DNA of 64,000 nt from Octopus bimaculoides. Taxonomy: Eukaryota. Positions 12,343-26,780 of this stretch are shown here, piece after piece. Location of the stretch: NCBI RefSeq assembly GCF_001194135.2, contig NC_068998.1, forward strand, positions 53,263,186 to 53,327,185, written 5' to 3'. Both the position numbers and the translations under genes were made by a program. How positions within the stretch are numbered: position 1 is the first letter of the stretch; each line of letters begins with the position of its first letter. Below the pieces are notes generated by a model. It had not been told where the DNA came from. It did no database searches and was given only the letters and a program-made list of their open reading frames with translations.

Positions 12343-12780
12343 TTCCATTATTTAGGCAACCAACTAGTAGCGCAAGTGGTTGTTCGGAGAGCGTAGGTGT
12401 AAGAATAAGGCTCGGCCGGGCAAAGTTCAGAGGGCTCCTACCCCTGTTGTCGAAGAACTGCTACCCCTTTTGGCAGAGAACTGCTACCCCTTTTGGCAGA
12501 GAACTGCTACCCGTTTTGGCAGAGAACTGCTACCCCTTGTTGGCAGACTGTATGATGCCATTGTGTGAACTGCTATTCTATACGGCAGTGAAACATGAGT
12601 TGTGACTGGCGAGGGCAGGCATACTCTTGAAAACAACGAAGCCAGTATGCTTCGCTGGATGTGCAATGTCAGTGAGCATGTACGACAAAGTGTAAGCCTC
12701 TTGAAAAAAATGGGCATAAGAGGCATGAGATGTGGCATGCAAGAGAGACTACTGTGCTGGTTTGATCATGTCTTATGTGT
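12343..12780 (+). mobile_element. RTE-clade LINE fragment (region C-terminal to the reverse transcriptase)
   Basis: FHYLGNQ..SGCSESVGVRIRLGRAKFRGLLPLL, GRLYDA and LENNEASMLRWMCNVSEHVRQSVS..GIRGMRCGMQERLLCWFDHV match the RTE C-terminal pattern (MLYGSETW..E..MLRWM...RLRWFGHV). Confidence 0.9.
12454..12546 (+). repeat. Minisatellite, 4 copies of the 23-bp unit agaactgctaccccttttggcag, inside the RTE fragment
   Basis: Units start at 12454, 12477, 12500 and 12523 (the last is 24 bp). There are no spacers. Confidence 0.95.
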
Positions 12781-15133
12781 AAGCTTTGCCTACGTTAATA
12801 TTCTTCGAACTGGCATCGATTGGCTGCTCATATTAAATAAAATGTTAACGACTTCCAATATGCAAATTAGCTTCTCCACTTTTCTGAAATTATTCTCTAT
12901 GTTGGTTATATAAACAGATAGGCTATTTGTTGCTCTTGGAATGATCAAGCGAAGTAGACAACTGTTATGAGACGCAAATACGTTTGGAAAATTATTATTT
13001 TTTTTTAGTTCATTGTATGGAGAAATAGTTAACATGTCATGTTTGCTTATCTACCACGTAGGTTTATGTGCACACACACATATGCCGGCTGTGCTCTGAG
13101 AATCTATTCGGCGGTTAACCTATATAAAATACAAGTAATGTACATTATTATTAAACATATTTTCTGACATTGATATTATAAGGAAATTGATTAATGAAAC
13201 AGACTGATGATATAAAATAGAAATGACAGAACATATGATAAATTATCCCGCAGTATTTTTTTATCTTCTGATGTGGTATCTCTTTAAAGTTGATTACCTT
13301 ATTCTGCCTTTGCGCTACAATACAGTCCCCGAACAACGTCTCGGGAACCTTTCAATAACATTCAAAGTTGGGAAAAGCTTCCCTTAATGGCATGGTGATT
13401 AGAGAAGAAAAGTTAGATCGGAATGAAAAAAAAATCCACCTCTATGTTTCTATGTTCGAAGTCTGCTAGTATATCTCTTGTCTCTTATTCTTTCAGCATG
13501 ATTGTAATAAACACCTGACATGCAATTTATTAAAACTAATTGATTATATATCGAAACAATATATTCAACTTACTTAGCCAACGTATATGGATATATATCT
13601 TCATAAAGTGCTGAGATCGAGTGATAGCTTTCTGCTGTAGCTACCAACGTTAAATATCTTGTATAATCAGGGTTTACTTCAACGTTGTGCGTTCGAATCT
13701 ATGTAGAATTTTCCTTTAGTGCTCGTTACATTGGGATTTATGTTATACATAGATATTTTTTATGTCACTTGAGTTGGCTCAAGTGCAAAATTTTGGAGTA
13801 GATGGTCAACTGTACATGACAGTTATTAACGTCATGCGCATTTAATATTTTTCTATCATGAATCTTCCGTCAACGACAAGCACCAGATATAAACTGTGTC
13901 CGATTTTCGACTTTTTCTTGTTTACCGATAATAAAATAGTCATCTAGTTAGTGAAACGATTAATTATCATATTGAAATTTCAAAATCCATTTGCATGTTT
14001 TGATTATATAGTGCTTCATATGATTCTAGGTAAAGAGGTTTGCCCCAGGTAGTTTTGTCTCGAAATATATTGATAATCTCTTAGGATACTAAGAACATTG
14101 GAAAAGGAAGAAATTTCAACTGTTTTGCCGAGACAATTCGTCTTCAACGGACATTTGTTATAAGCAGCATAGATAATTACAATTCTTATATCTCGTTATC
14201 TGTCTATATTATATTCTCAATTATCTACTTGTAAATATGTCTGACCATTATTTACCATTAAACAATAGACGAGAAGCTAATCTCTGAGATTACAAGGTAG
14301 TATTTTTAGGTATCTTCTCTTTATTTATTTTTTGAAAACCAATGTCTCTTCCAGACCTTTTTTCAAAACCGAAATGTATGAGGTGGGAACTGGTAACAAA
14401 CTTTTCATAAAATTACACATGGGAAAAATGCGTTCAGAAGGATATCATACGCAGGTTGGATGACGTCGTTATATTAAAAGTATTAAATAATTATGTAAAG
14501 AATTTTAAAACTATTGTTTAGGAAAATGAGGATTAAACGCCGTATTAGTGTCAATAAAAATCCACAGATATTAATTAATTACGCTTAAAATATTCCATTT
14601 CTATTCCACATTTATAAAACTCTTCGTGATCCCTCTAATATTTTATTAATAGTTTTATTTAACCCTTCATACGAACAAAAGATGTAATTTTCTCAGATTA
14701 TCTTTTAGGATACTTTTAGTACTTTTACACATCCCTTTAACCTCCATGTTGTTCTTCTCGTCGATTTATCACGATTCGGATTAATCTTTATTTTCACCAG
14801 CCTGCAATCTATCTGCAATTTAATTTCTTTTGCCTTTTTATTGCACCTGCTAATTATTTTAGTTTTATTTATACAAATAATTGTTTCAAATCACTCTATG
14901 TAATTTCGTAGTACATTTTAAATATCGTAATTCAATCACATGGTTAATATGCAGTTTAACGTTAATTAATTTTTAAGCCCCATTCAAATTACTTTTTTAA
15001 TTTAACCAACTGCATATGGGTTCGAATCCCAAATTGGTAACAATTTTTGTCATCTACCAACTCATATTCATACGTAACAAAATATTTCTTGAAGCTATTT
15101 TTCTACAGATTGTAAATGATAAACTCGCTCAAA

Positions 15134-15183
<50 letters not shown>
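15134..15183. repeat. (TAT)n trinucleotide microsatellite
   Basis: Directly visible in the sequence. Confidence 0.95.
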
Positions 15184-16305
15184 CATTCATATATAAACAT
15201 ATATATGTATATATATATAAATATACTATGTATATACANNNNNNNNNNNNNNNNNNNNNNNNNNNNNNNNNNNNNNNNNNNNNNNNNNNNNNNNNNNNNN
15301 NNNNNNNNNNNNNNNNNNNNNNNNTATATATATATATATATATATGAAAAACCAACATATTCACTTCTGCCTTCCACTCACGCGATATCGTCTCGTTCTG
15401 TTTGCCAATCCATCAAAGTGCGTCAAATGAATTCCTTGCCTGACTACAGTATCGTTTATAACATGAATAAGCAAACACAGTTGGTTAGTAATAGCTTTGG
15501 CCAATGTATACTTCACAGTGAAGGATCAAATTATTGATAATCTCCATAAATGCAACGCTGCAATTCTCTTTCATAAAATGTCAAAGATCAACCACATGAA
15601 GCGCTGTTCCATTGACACAGTCCACATTGGCAGGACATGTTACGATTTCAAGCACTGCAGAGTAGATTGCTACTATACGCTATTTCAGTCCTTATTCAAA
15701 GAAGAAAAAATATATAATTATATGATGGTATTGCTTCTGTGAAATGTTTATACATTCTGACGTGCAGAAGAATTTTACATAAAAGAGAAATAATCACAGA
15801 ACAGTTAATAACAGGACAGTTAACCATTTTTTTGTTTTGTTATTTGCAAGACAACCATCAAAGTCGTTTTTCGTAATCTCAACAAAATTGTAAGATATTG
15901 ATTATATGAATCCTTAGTTGCTTTCCGAGAGAATACGTTTCTTAGGATAACAATATATTACGGCATCCTTTTGAATAATTCGTTGACCCGATCCCAGAAG
16001 TGACATCGAATAATACGTCATTTCCTGACATGCACTAGGATCAATACAGATCATATAGACACAAATTTACACATACNNNNNNNNNNNNNNNNNNNNNNNN
16101 NNNNNNNNNNNNNNNNNNNNNNNNNNNNNNNNNNNNNNNNNNNNNNNNNNNNNNNNNNNNNNNNNNNNNNNNNNNNNNNNNNNNNNNNNNNNNNNNNNNN
16201 NNNNNNNNNNNNNNNNNNNNNNNNNNNNNNNNNNNNNNNNNNNNNNNNNNNNNNNNNNNNNNNNNNNNNNNNNNNNNNNNNNNNNNNNNNNNNNNNNNNN
16301 NNNNN

Positions 16306-16342
<37 letters not shown>

Positions 16343-16388
16343 ATAAGCGGTCTGCATACATACATACATATACATATGTATATGTCGA

Positions 16389-16619
16389 GGCGACGAGCTG
16401 GCAGAAACGTTAACACGCCGGGCGAAATGCTTAGCGGTATTTCGTCTGCCGCTACGTTCTGAGTTCAAATTACGCCGAGGTCGACTTTGCCTTTCATCCT
16501 TTCGGGGTCGATTAAATAAGTAGCAGTTACGCACTGGGGTCTGTATAATCGACTTAATCCGTTTGTCTGTCCTTGTTTGTCCCCTCTGTGTGTAGCCCCT
16601 TGTGGGTAGTAAAGAAATA
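16389..16619 (+). mobile_element. tRNA-derived SINE, family A, full length with an alternative 3' tail
   Basis: The head and core match the 4425 copy (ggcgacgagctggcagaaacgtt, gagttcaaatt, gtcgactttgcctttcatcctttcgggg). The tail taatccgtttgtctgtcc...gtagtaaagaaata is different. Confidence 0.92.
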
Positions 16620-17676
16620 ATACATATATATATATATATATATAACAAAACAAGAAGTTGGTGTTATTTCTTCACCATCACAGATGTTTCATTTACTAAC
16701 AGGAATTCGCAAAATTTTATATGTTGTATAAACATGTAAAAATTTCCAATTAGAAATTTAAGCATGTATAACTTTGAGGCTCCTCTCACCAAATAAATTA
16801 CGACTAATGGAGAATAAATAATACCCAAATGTTTTCTAGCTTTCTCTTTTATATAATAACTCTACAAATAAAATTTCAAGAAATCGTGTGTGTGTACGTG
16901 TATGTTTTGTTGTTGCTGTTGTTGTTGTCGTTATATATGTGCGTGTGTGCGTCCGAATGGAAATATGCTATCAATTAGTGTTAACAAATTATGTAATGAT
17001 TCGTTCTTTAAGTAACAGCTCGTACGGATTTTCTGCACATCGTTGAAGAACAAATACTACAGAGTATTTTTTATCTATTTCAGTTCTTCTGTTTTATGAT
17101 CCTCTCGCTGCATTTTGCTTAACGCAACTAAAATTTCTAATTTATTATAACAGATATTCCAATAAAATGTCAATCTTTACAATCGCAACATTTCAATTGC
17201 CATAAGTATTGATTACTTTTAAATTGAATTTCATTTTTACATGATAGATTAATCCTGTTTTATCTTGTCGAATAAATAAATAAAATATAAATTCACTCAT
17301 GTATAATTTCATAACCAAGCATGCATCTGTCTACTAAAATCCTGTTTGCTGTATAAATACGTATGTGTACACGGCCGCTATGTATATATGTACACATACA
17401 CGTCGACATAATGGTGGTTCGATTTCGTTGTTGGCCTGAAGATCATAATGATCTTTGCTACGGTAATTTGCAATTATCTCTTAAGTGCTTGCGTATATAT
17501 CGCCAAATATATTTTCACATTTGTGAGATAAGTTTAAAGAGCAAATTCAAAATTGTTCTTGTATTTCTTGGGGCATTATTTATTCCAAATAAAGGTCAAT
17601 AAATCAATGGGTTTATGCATATTTATGTATACAGGAATATATACAGATACATGTGTGTGTGTATAAATATACATAG

Positions 17677-17914
<238 letters not shown>

Positions 17915-18362
17915 AGAGCTTCGTGATTATTCATTGAGAAGGTGAATGTCAGAAAATATCCGAATGTTGTTTAGGCGGGTAAAAATAACTGTAGTAAGAT
18001 TATAACTTAGTTGAAACCATTTGAACTTTTCTTTACTGCTACCGAGTACGCTGTTACCCCAAGGGTGACGCATCATACATTGATACGTAATGTTCCTGGA
18101 AATAATTTCTTTAATGACAATAATTTTTTTTTTTTAATCATTGTTGATAGTGACTTGTTACGAGAAAATACAATGATACACACAACGAAACAGAAGGAAA
18201 GAAATAAAGATGAAATGAATATTTTCAGAGATTCTAAAATACTCATATAATGTAATTATATCAGAAATAGCCAACAAATTCTTGAAAGGTTATGAAGATG
18301 AAGGAATTATTTTCTAAAGAGGTTGAAGTTATTTTGTTATAAATAATATTTGCTTTAGTGAG

Positions 18363-18471
18363 GGCGGTGAGCTGGCAGAATCGTTAGTACGCAGGGCGAA
18401 ATGCTTAGCGGCATTTCGGATGCTGTTACGTTCTGCGTTCAAATTCCGCCGAGGTCGACTTTGCCTTTATC
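18363..18471 (+). mobile_element. SINE family A, 5' head only (3'-truncated)
   Basis: ggcggtgagctggcagaatcgttag...gcgttcaaattccgccgaggtcgactttgccttt is homologous to the 16389 copy. Confidence 0.88.
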
Positions 18472-20946
18472 TTTAACACAAAATGCAAACCCTTTTTAGT
18501 TGCACCCGCAAGAAATGACACTCATTAAAATAACACTCACGCAAATATTTAAAACGATATATTCAAAACAGTCGCCTCAAAAATTTATTCAGAACGATTT
18601 CAATCACTACTGTCATCCATAACGAGTCACTTGGCCATTCAAGTGGATTCCATCAAATCCTGCTACTGTCATACCACTCCCGCATTCTTTTCTTCTTCTT
18701 CTTCTCCGCGCTCTTCTTTCTTTACTATTGCTGCTGCTTAAACAAGAATTCATATCAAACTAGCTGCTTGCCAACTACCTAGAACCCACAAGAGTGAAAA
18801 AGAGAGACAGAGACAGGACGAAAAAAGGTAAATGTCCCTTGCATTTGAAAACTATGGAAATATATTGTTTTAAAACACATTTCATTTCATATTTCCACAC
18901 TTTAATTGTTTTTGTTAGTTTACTCTAAGTTGAAAAAGTCGCAATGACTGAAACCGGTATTAAAATGTTCTTCATGATGAAATTAGTTTAATATTTTCTA
19001 CCTTGTTATATTTTCCTCATACATGCACGCAATTGCCTTTACAATTTCTGTTTTCTGCTGAAAGATATGCCTCAATAGTATTCGTGTGTTGATATTCAGA
19101 AGTGGAATTTTCATTATTTACGCTACGATAATTTTGAAACGGTTCTGAGATTTAAAAGCTTATGATGCTATCTCCTAATATATGTGAATTAATATGCCGT
19201 ATAACATATTTGTGATGGTAATTTTCATAGTCACAGTTGATGTTATTTTTTTAACAAGTCAAATAATAATTTCGTCTGTTTGAATACAGACAATTTGAGG
19301 AGGGGCATAAAGATGAAGAATTTAACTATAGTTTATTCTGTATTAAAATATATCGATTGACATGAGTGCTACGGATTTATGTTGATTAGCATTATTGAAT
19401 GTTACTGAGACTTGTGCTGCTTTAGCTAGATAATTGGGAATTAATGAAAATATATCCAAATATTTGACGTAATTCGGAAAGGTAATCCATAGCGTTAGGA
19501 TAATAAGATATATTAAATGTCGGTTTATGTGATATTCAGTTGAATACTTGAGAATTTGGACAGTAATTTTGCATTAAATTTCTAAATTACTGAGTTAAGA
19601 AATAAGGACTCATAAATATTTATAGTATTAGATGTACTTTATATGTTTATATTCTCTGTATTGATCCTAACTTTATATTTTTAGTCCTTTTTCAAACAAC
19701 TTTTTTCTGTTGTATATGGATGTTATTTGAGGCGATAATATCTACTAACAGGGTTCTGTCAAACTCTAATCGAATACGTACAGCGCAAGAATGTTTGTGA
19801 ATGTACCAGAAATACCAGAATTTACTTAAACTTAGACAACGTGTTTACAGTTCTATTAGCGAACGTGTGTGTTAGCAAGAATCTGAGGGAGTTATAGAGA
19901 ATTACAAAAATTTCTCCCTTTACGTTTTTCAACAAACATCATTAACAGATAATTTGATATCATTAAGGCTGACTTTGTAAGCAATAACAAGTATTATGCT
20001 AGTTTGCGTCAATGGAGCACCGCCCTTTGACGGATCTTATTTTTCGTTACTCACGGTGTTCAACACTTAGCCTCCTCACCAAGCAAGCTTCATGGTGTTG
20101 CCAGTTTAGTCGCCTTCAGGCTGTAGAGCAAAAGAAAAGATCTTCGTGAAATAAAGAAAAACTTTAGTTAATTTTACTTACTAGAGAAATGGTCCCAGTT
20201 TCATATCTTTCAGTTGAACTACATGGTGACAAAGAAAATTGAAAATAATAATTTATGTTAGTAAAATTGAACTAGGATAGTTTAGGGTCAGAAAATGAAA
20301 ACCACTTCACTAATGCCTACAGTAGTTTTTAGTTTTGTTACAGTAATTTCTGGGATTAAATCATCCAATCGCAATAGAATTTGTATTGCATCAACATTTG
20401 ATCATCAAAAGTGGAGACATATTTTGTTACACGTTTTAAACATAATTGATATTCGATCTTCAGAAGTTGACTTTCAGAAAGGCATATATTATTTCAGAAA
20501 ATCTAATCACGACCGGTTGTTAATATATGGACGGAAGCAAGAGATCAATGCCCAAATAAAGACACATTATAAAGCTAGTGCTGTAAATGAATTTCTGCTA
20601 CACTGTTTTACCTTCATTTTCATTCTATCGACAAAAAAAGACTCTTGCTAGTTTACGTCAGAGGCAAAGAGAACTTGCGAAATAATCCTCAGGAAAAAAA
20701 AAATGGTGATTTTTCCATTGTTATCTGTTTTCGATGCTAGTGTTATGTGGGGAGTGACCTATTTTCTAGGCGTTGCTGCTTCAACGGGGTTCGTTTACAT
20801 TTGTAATGGTGACTATTTTGTTTGAAATAGAGAAAAACAAATGTTGTTATCAAAGTCAGTCAGTTGGAAGTGTGACGTGTTTTCAATAAAGAAGATAGTG
20901 TCTAGTAAAGAGAAGGACACATAGCTAGCTAGAGGGAAAGAGAGAC

Positions 20947-20987
<41 letters not shown>

Positions 20988-21229
20988 TAGAAAAACAGAC
21001 AGTGAGCTATATGCACTTTAGGCAGATTTATTGACCATTGTTCAAATGGTGATTTCAATTTCAGCCGAAAAATTCAATAAGCTTCCAATGGAAATACATA
21101 ATCATTGCGATTCTTGTTCTTTGAACGTATTTGAATGTATTGAATAATTATACTTCTGTTACACATCAACTCATATAAGTTGTTGCATACTCTTTCACTG
21201 ACACTCACTCCGGGCACACAAAACACACA

Positions 21230-21259
21230 TATATGTATGTATATATATATGGATATATG

Positions 21260-21310
<51 letters not shown>

Positions 21311-21775
21311 NNNNNNNNNNNNNNNNNNNNNNNNNNNNNNNNNNNNNNNNNNNNNNNNNNNNNNNNNNNNNNNNNNNNNNNNNNNNNNNNNNNNNNNNNN
21401 NNNNNNNNNNNNNNNNNNNNNNNNNNNNNNNNNNNNNNNNNNNNNNNNNNNNNNNNNNNNNNNNNNNNNNNNNNNNNNNNNNNNNNNNNNNNNNNNNNNN
21501 NNNNNNNNNNNNNNNNNNNNNNNNNNNNNNNNNNNNNNNNNNNNNNNNNNNNNNNNNNNNNNNNNNNNNNNNNNNNNNNNNNNNNNNNNNNNNNNNNNNN
21601 NNNNNNNNNNNNNNNNNNNNNNNNNNNNNNNNNNNNNNNNNNNNNNNNNNNNNNNNNNNNNNNNNNNNNNNNNNNNNNNNNNNNNNNNNNNNNNNNNNNN
21701 NNNNNNNNNNNNNNNNNNNNNNNNNNNNNNNNNNNNNNNNNNNNNNNNNNNNNNNNNNNNNNNNNNNNNNNNNNN

Positions 21776-21815
<40 letters not shown>

Positions 21816-21875
21816 GTGTGTGTATATGCGAGCGTCTATGTATGTATATATGCATATATATACACACCCATGCAG

Positions 21876-21916
<41 letters not shown>
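21230..21916. repeat. (TA)n arrays flanking a gap (N 21311-21775), followed by (CA)n
   Basis: Directly visible in the sequence. Confidence 0.95.
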
Positions 21917-21920
<4 letters not shown>

Positions 21921-22349
21921 TATATTTGTCTTGAAACTCAGTGTTGTATGGTATCAAATTATTTTGTCTCTTTCGCTACAAAACACAATCCCTCTTCCTC
22001 CGCATCGAATTCTATTGTGAAGAGTAAAAATTTGCATTATATTTTAAACGAGGAGAAATATCGCTGGAGGCTAATTGGAATAATTATAGCATTATCTCTG
22101 AAAGGACATCTTCCATTATAATATAATTTGAAAGCGTCGAAATGTTCTTTGCTCCAATTTTTCTACGTCAGAATCAACTGCAAATCTTTGTAATTTGAAT
22201 CTCTCAACAGGAATAACTCTATCAAATAATTCTTTACGATTGTTTTCATTGCATCACGTATAATACGTACGTGCACTCTCATTCATACGCACAACTACAT
22301 GCATGCATACGTACATGCATAAATACATACGTGCATACATACGTACATG

Positions 22350-22401
<52 letters not shown>

Positions 22402-25400
22402 GAGAGAGAGAAAGAGTAAACGAGAGATGTACATGTGTGTGTGTGTTTGTATTTGCGTATGATGTGTGCATATTCAGCTTTACAAAACATTAAATAAAGA
22501 GTGTTTGATAATTCCCAGGTATACTATTTGTGATATATCTGCAGGATGTTCTAACAGAAAGGTATTTAAATTCTTGTCTTATAAGTATACCTCTGCTTGA
22601 ACAAAAACAATTATTTTACAATGAATATGACGATGCTATTGGACTATTCATTGAAGTAAGGAATTTGGATAAACACGATTTATGTTTGCACCCATAGAAG
22701 CGGGAAACAATTGGTTAGCACTTAACCAATTCTGCAAAAGTATATGAAATATAACCCAAATAGGATTCCAGCACTGCTTTCCTGTTGAAGTCGATAGAGA
22801 ATGAGATACTCAGGCGTCTTAAACTTTTCGACAATGTAAACTATCATTATTAGTGTTGTGGCTATATAGAAAATTGGATATTACTCATCATCTTTGCAAC
22901 TATGTATCTTTACACACTCTCTATATTAGTATTAGCTGAGGTCACATATGAAACATATTGAACTGACAATTCATTTGAAATCTATCGTCATTACCATCAT
23001 TTCAGATGAAGGAAATGTGATCATCAAATGCTTGTTTCAAATAGTAGATGTGGTTTTTAAGCATTTAATAGCTTGAAAATTAAAAGTGAGATATTGTTTG
23101 TAAATCAAGGGTGACAGATGTAATCCATCTTTGCTCCGTCTTGCACGTTATAGCAAGTATTCGGCTCGACCTTTCCCCGGAATAAATACCCGTCTTTGCT
23201 CTCGTTCAATGCTCTTGAAATGAAGGCTCTGCGAGCTGCTATTCTTACTTCGGTCTTGATCTAAGCAGAAACATATAACATATAAAATGTGTTAACGTTT
23301 TTCTATAATGTTTCCTTGGTTCAAGAACATTACGAATTGCTACAATTTGTTTGCTGGTTCATTTTGAGATAAATTTTTCTGACGTGGGAATAAGGCTTGT
23401 GATAATGCTAGATCGTTTATAATTCTATGTAAGCTACACCCGTTAAAATATTCTAAATAATTCTTCCAATTACGCGCGTAACACGTGTCTCCAAAGTGCT
23501 CTAATGTCTTGTGGTTTCACTTGTTCTATGCCCTTTCGTTGTCATTCTCTTCTCAGAAAGCTACGTGCAGTCCTTCGAGTTGTAGAGAAATAGGTGTACT
23601 TACCATAGATTGAGTATAACATCACTAACTGCGATAGACTTTGAGATAAACTAAGAAATATTCTCAGTGCAACCATAAAGGATTGTATGAGAACTTAAAT
23701 CTATAGCTATAGCACATAATCTAAATCTCAGAAAGCACCAAACAAAGTATACAAACCATAGCCAAAGAACCTAAATCACTCCACAGAGATTCGCAATATA
23801 CTTATACAAAATTATATAAACTAAGCGAAAAATTTAGAAACAACTTTCAAATTTTAAGTGAATTGTTAACAATATCTATTGTTTAAACTATATTAGACCG
23901 ATTTTTATCGATACAGACATCTACTAATCTCATTAGGCTCTAATGCTTAAACATCTAACGAAATTGTTCGGAAAGCTACTAGGTGGGTATGTACAAATCT
24001 ACCTTACCACTTCTTCATGTATGTTATCTAGTTCCTAGAATTAACTTACAGCGAATTTTAGATTCATTGATCATTGTTATTGAATTCATTCTATTCTTGG
24101 TTAAATTTACTCATGCTCGAATGGATCGTATAATTCGAAGCAATGTAAACCTCTTATATACATTTCTTATTGCTAACCACCCGACTATAATGTCCAAGGC
24201 GAAGCAGCATTAAGTCAAGCAAGCTAAAGCGAACACATATATAAACTTGTCCGCTTCTACAAAATATTGTTGTTTAACTACAATCAGCTTTCATTGAGCA
24301 AATGCATTCCCACCATGATTGTCCCGTTTTATCTCTCAAACTTAAATTCCAGCTGACACTACTTCTTTGAAACAATGATAGGATATAGTTTTCAAGTAAT
24401 TTTGCTGTTATATCAAATATGTCAAGCGAATATGAAGAGACTACAACTGTTGCTTGGAGTAGTGTTCGTCTCCTGTCCGAAACGTGTGTTTACGATACAC
24501 TATCTTGTAGCAACGAGCCTACATGAATAGCTGGCAATTCATTAGTACAAATGTTGAGGTCTTGTTCTAGAGGCTGTAGGTCCCAAGACGTAATTATTTG
24601 CTGCTTAAAGAAATACAGATATCTAGGGAAAATTAAGGTAACTGTGTTATAAAAAAAATCATCACTTGGTTGCTCGACATTATTTCTTGCGTAAATCGTT
24701 TATACAGCGACAGCACAAATAATGTCCATATGTATGAATATAATGCCAGTAAAGCTAGCAAATGTTGAATATTTATGTCCATAGATGTGGGTACAGTCCT
24801 TTACCTAACTGAGACGAATTAAGAATGCAGGTAAAATTCTATTCTACTTTCCCATGTAATAGATAAGAATCAAGTAATTATAAGATACATTTTATGAAGT
24901 GTTCCAGGTAAGACAAATCCAGACAAACAATAATTTGAATATGATCAAATAAAACTCACAATACCTTGTCAACATTTCAGGAAGGGGATGAACATTGAGT
25001 AGTCGATCTTCTGTCTATTTAGTCTATAAACATCTATATCGTTTTGCATTGTAAAACAAGGGAATAAATAAAGCATTAATTTTGTTAGCTTAAAAAATCC
25101 CCAACAAACTGTTTTTTGTTGCAATGCTATGAGCACTGCTGATGATTTCTGGCCATATCTTTCAGATCCGCTGATTGTATAGATTGCCAGTGACCCTATT
25201 GTATTTAATAGTGCTTAGTAATGGTACATTTATATAGACAACTGAAGAGTGTTTCAGGTAGTGCTTACTACAGATGACACATACTATATTAATTCATAGC
25301 TTAAACAGGCAAGAGGATATTGAAGTGAACAGCTAAATTGTACTTATATCGTTAGAGATGCAAGCAAACTTTTGAAATGTATCGATCTTTCGAAAATCTC

Positions 25401-26087
25401 AAGCTGTCATCTCTTAAAAGTAGGTTGCATTCTGTGTACTGTAAGAGGTCATTTTGTCTATAATGGTATCTTTGTTTACAGTTGGTAAAAATAGGAAAAA
25501 ATAATAGGTCTTCTATTACGCTATATCTCGGAAGCTATCTACCTTGTGTTAATATAAACTTTAGATATTTTGACACCGGTGAAAACAGTGGCTTTATCTT
25601 CAATGAACAACGCATTAAGATAATACTATTAGCATAGCGCAGCAAGTCTGTAATGATTATGGCTTACAAAAAGGGTATAATATAACTAATGATAAGTGGA
25701 AGATTTACGAAATTTATATCAAAGTCATTCTGCAACTTAAACAGCAACTGGGATCGTTATAAGCATTCAACAATAACAAGAAAAGTTTGGAACTACAACC
25801 AACACATAAAACACAGGTTAAGTTTTGGAAAATTAAAATATCATCTCGATTTTCGTACAACCAAGCACCACTTTCGCATTTCCAAGTTCAGTTTTGATAG
25901 TGACCAGTGACCGTCTTGCAAGAAAAGAAGTGACATAGACCTGTTGCTTAGCACTTAATGCCGAACAATCGTGGGTATCAGTTTGACTCGATTGCCACTA
26001 CAACTCTAGTACAGCTAATCTATTACATCTACAGGCTGAGGAGAGGGAGGTGGAACAGAAAACAAGTGGACAAAGATCAAGTGGAGT

Positions 26088-26138
<51 letters not shown>

Positions 26139-26369
26139 AATAATCCATATATGGAATTTATAAAAAAAGATTAATGCGTCGCTACGCGCGTTTCCACAAG
26201 TTGCATGACTTTTAAAAGTCACAGTCAGTATTTCTGGGATGATTACAGTGTAGCTGATAGTATTCATGAGCATCTGGTTTATCATCATCATTCCTTCATT
26301 CCTTCAAGCGATATAACATCAGTGGATGGGTGTGCGCGCGTGCGTGTTTGTGTGTGTGTTGTAAAACCT

Positions 26370-26630
26370 GGATGTAAAGCGTCGTCCAACTAATTTGGAA
26401 ACGTAACTCGCTTTTACTGCAGCGACTGACGTGTAACCGCCGCTCATCCCTTGAACCTCTCATTCAACAACGCTCACGCCTCTGACCTAGGTGCCGTTTG
26501 TTTCTCAATGTTTGATTTCCAGAACTTCAGACCTCTCGTATTACTTTCCATCACAGGTTTTCCATACACTCAACTTGCATATGTTTAACATCAACCACAG
26601 CTACCATACTAATACTTGAGGACTCCGATT
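26370..26630 (+). mobile_element. Possible highly decayed L2/CR1-group LINE 3' fragment
   Basis: There is weak frame-hopping similarity of LQRLTCNR.SSL...FNNAHASDL to the recalled L2-type LQPLAHRR.VSSL.LFYRYFNG.CSSEL. GC content is locally raised. Confidence 0.3.
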
Positions 26631-26705
26631 TGTATGAGATGACTTTAAGAAACCAACGACAAATTTTAATTGATAATTACAAGTTTCCTAAACTACCATT
26701 TTGTG

Positions 26706-26780
<75 letters not shown>

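Noticed and set aside
12454-12546. CRISPR-like 23-bp repeats
   Set aside because: The units are directly adjacent with no spacers, there are no cas genes, and they lie inside an animal LINE fragment.
15017-15030. gggttcgaatccc, a tRNA T-arm/B-box motif
   Set aside because: There is no acceptor stem, D-arm or anticodon arm around it. At most it is a SINE-head relic.
18700-18835. Possible 5'-UTR exon ending in AAG|gtaaat
   Set aside because: A single donor match is expected by chance, and there is no linked exon.
20295-20651. 118-aa ATG-initiated ORF with a hydrophobic N-terminus
   Set aside because: I recognise no family and the composition equals background. A rough estimate gives about one ORF of this length by chance in 64 kb of such DNA.
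26320-26500. CpG-rich, promoter-like patch containing tgacgt
   Set aside because: It is better explained by a (GC/GT) microsatellite plus a possible decayed LINE. There is no evidence for a transcription start.
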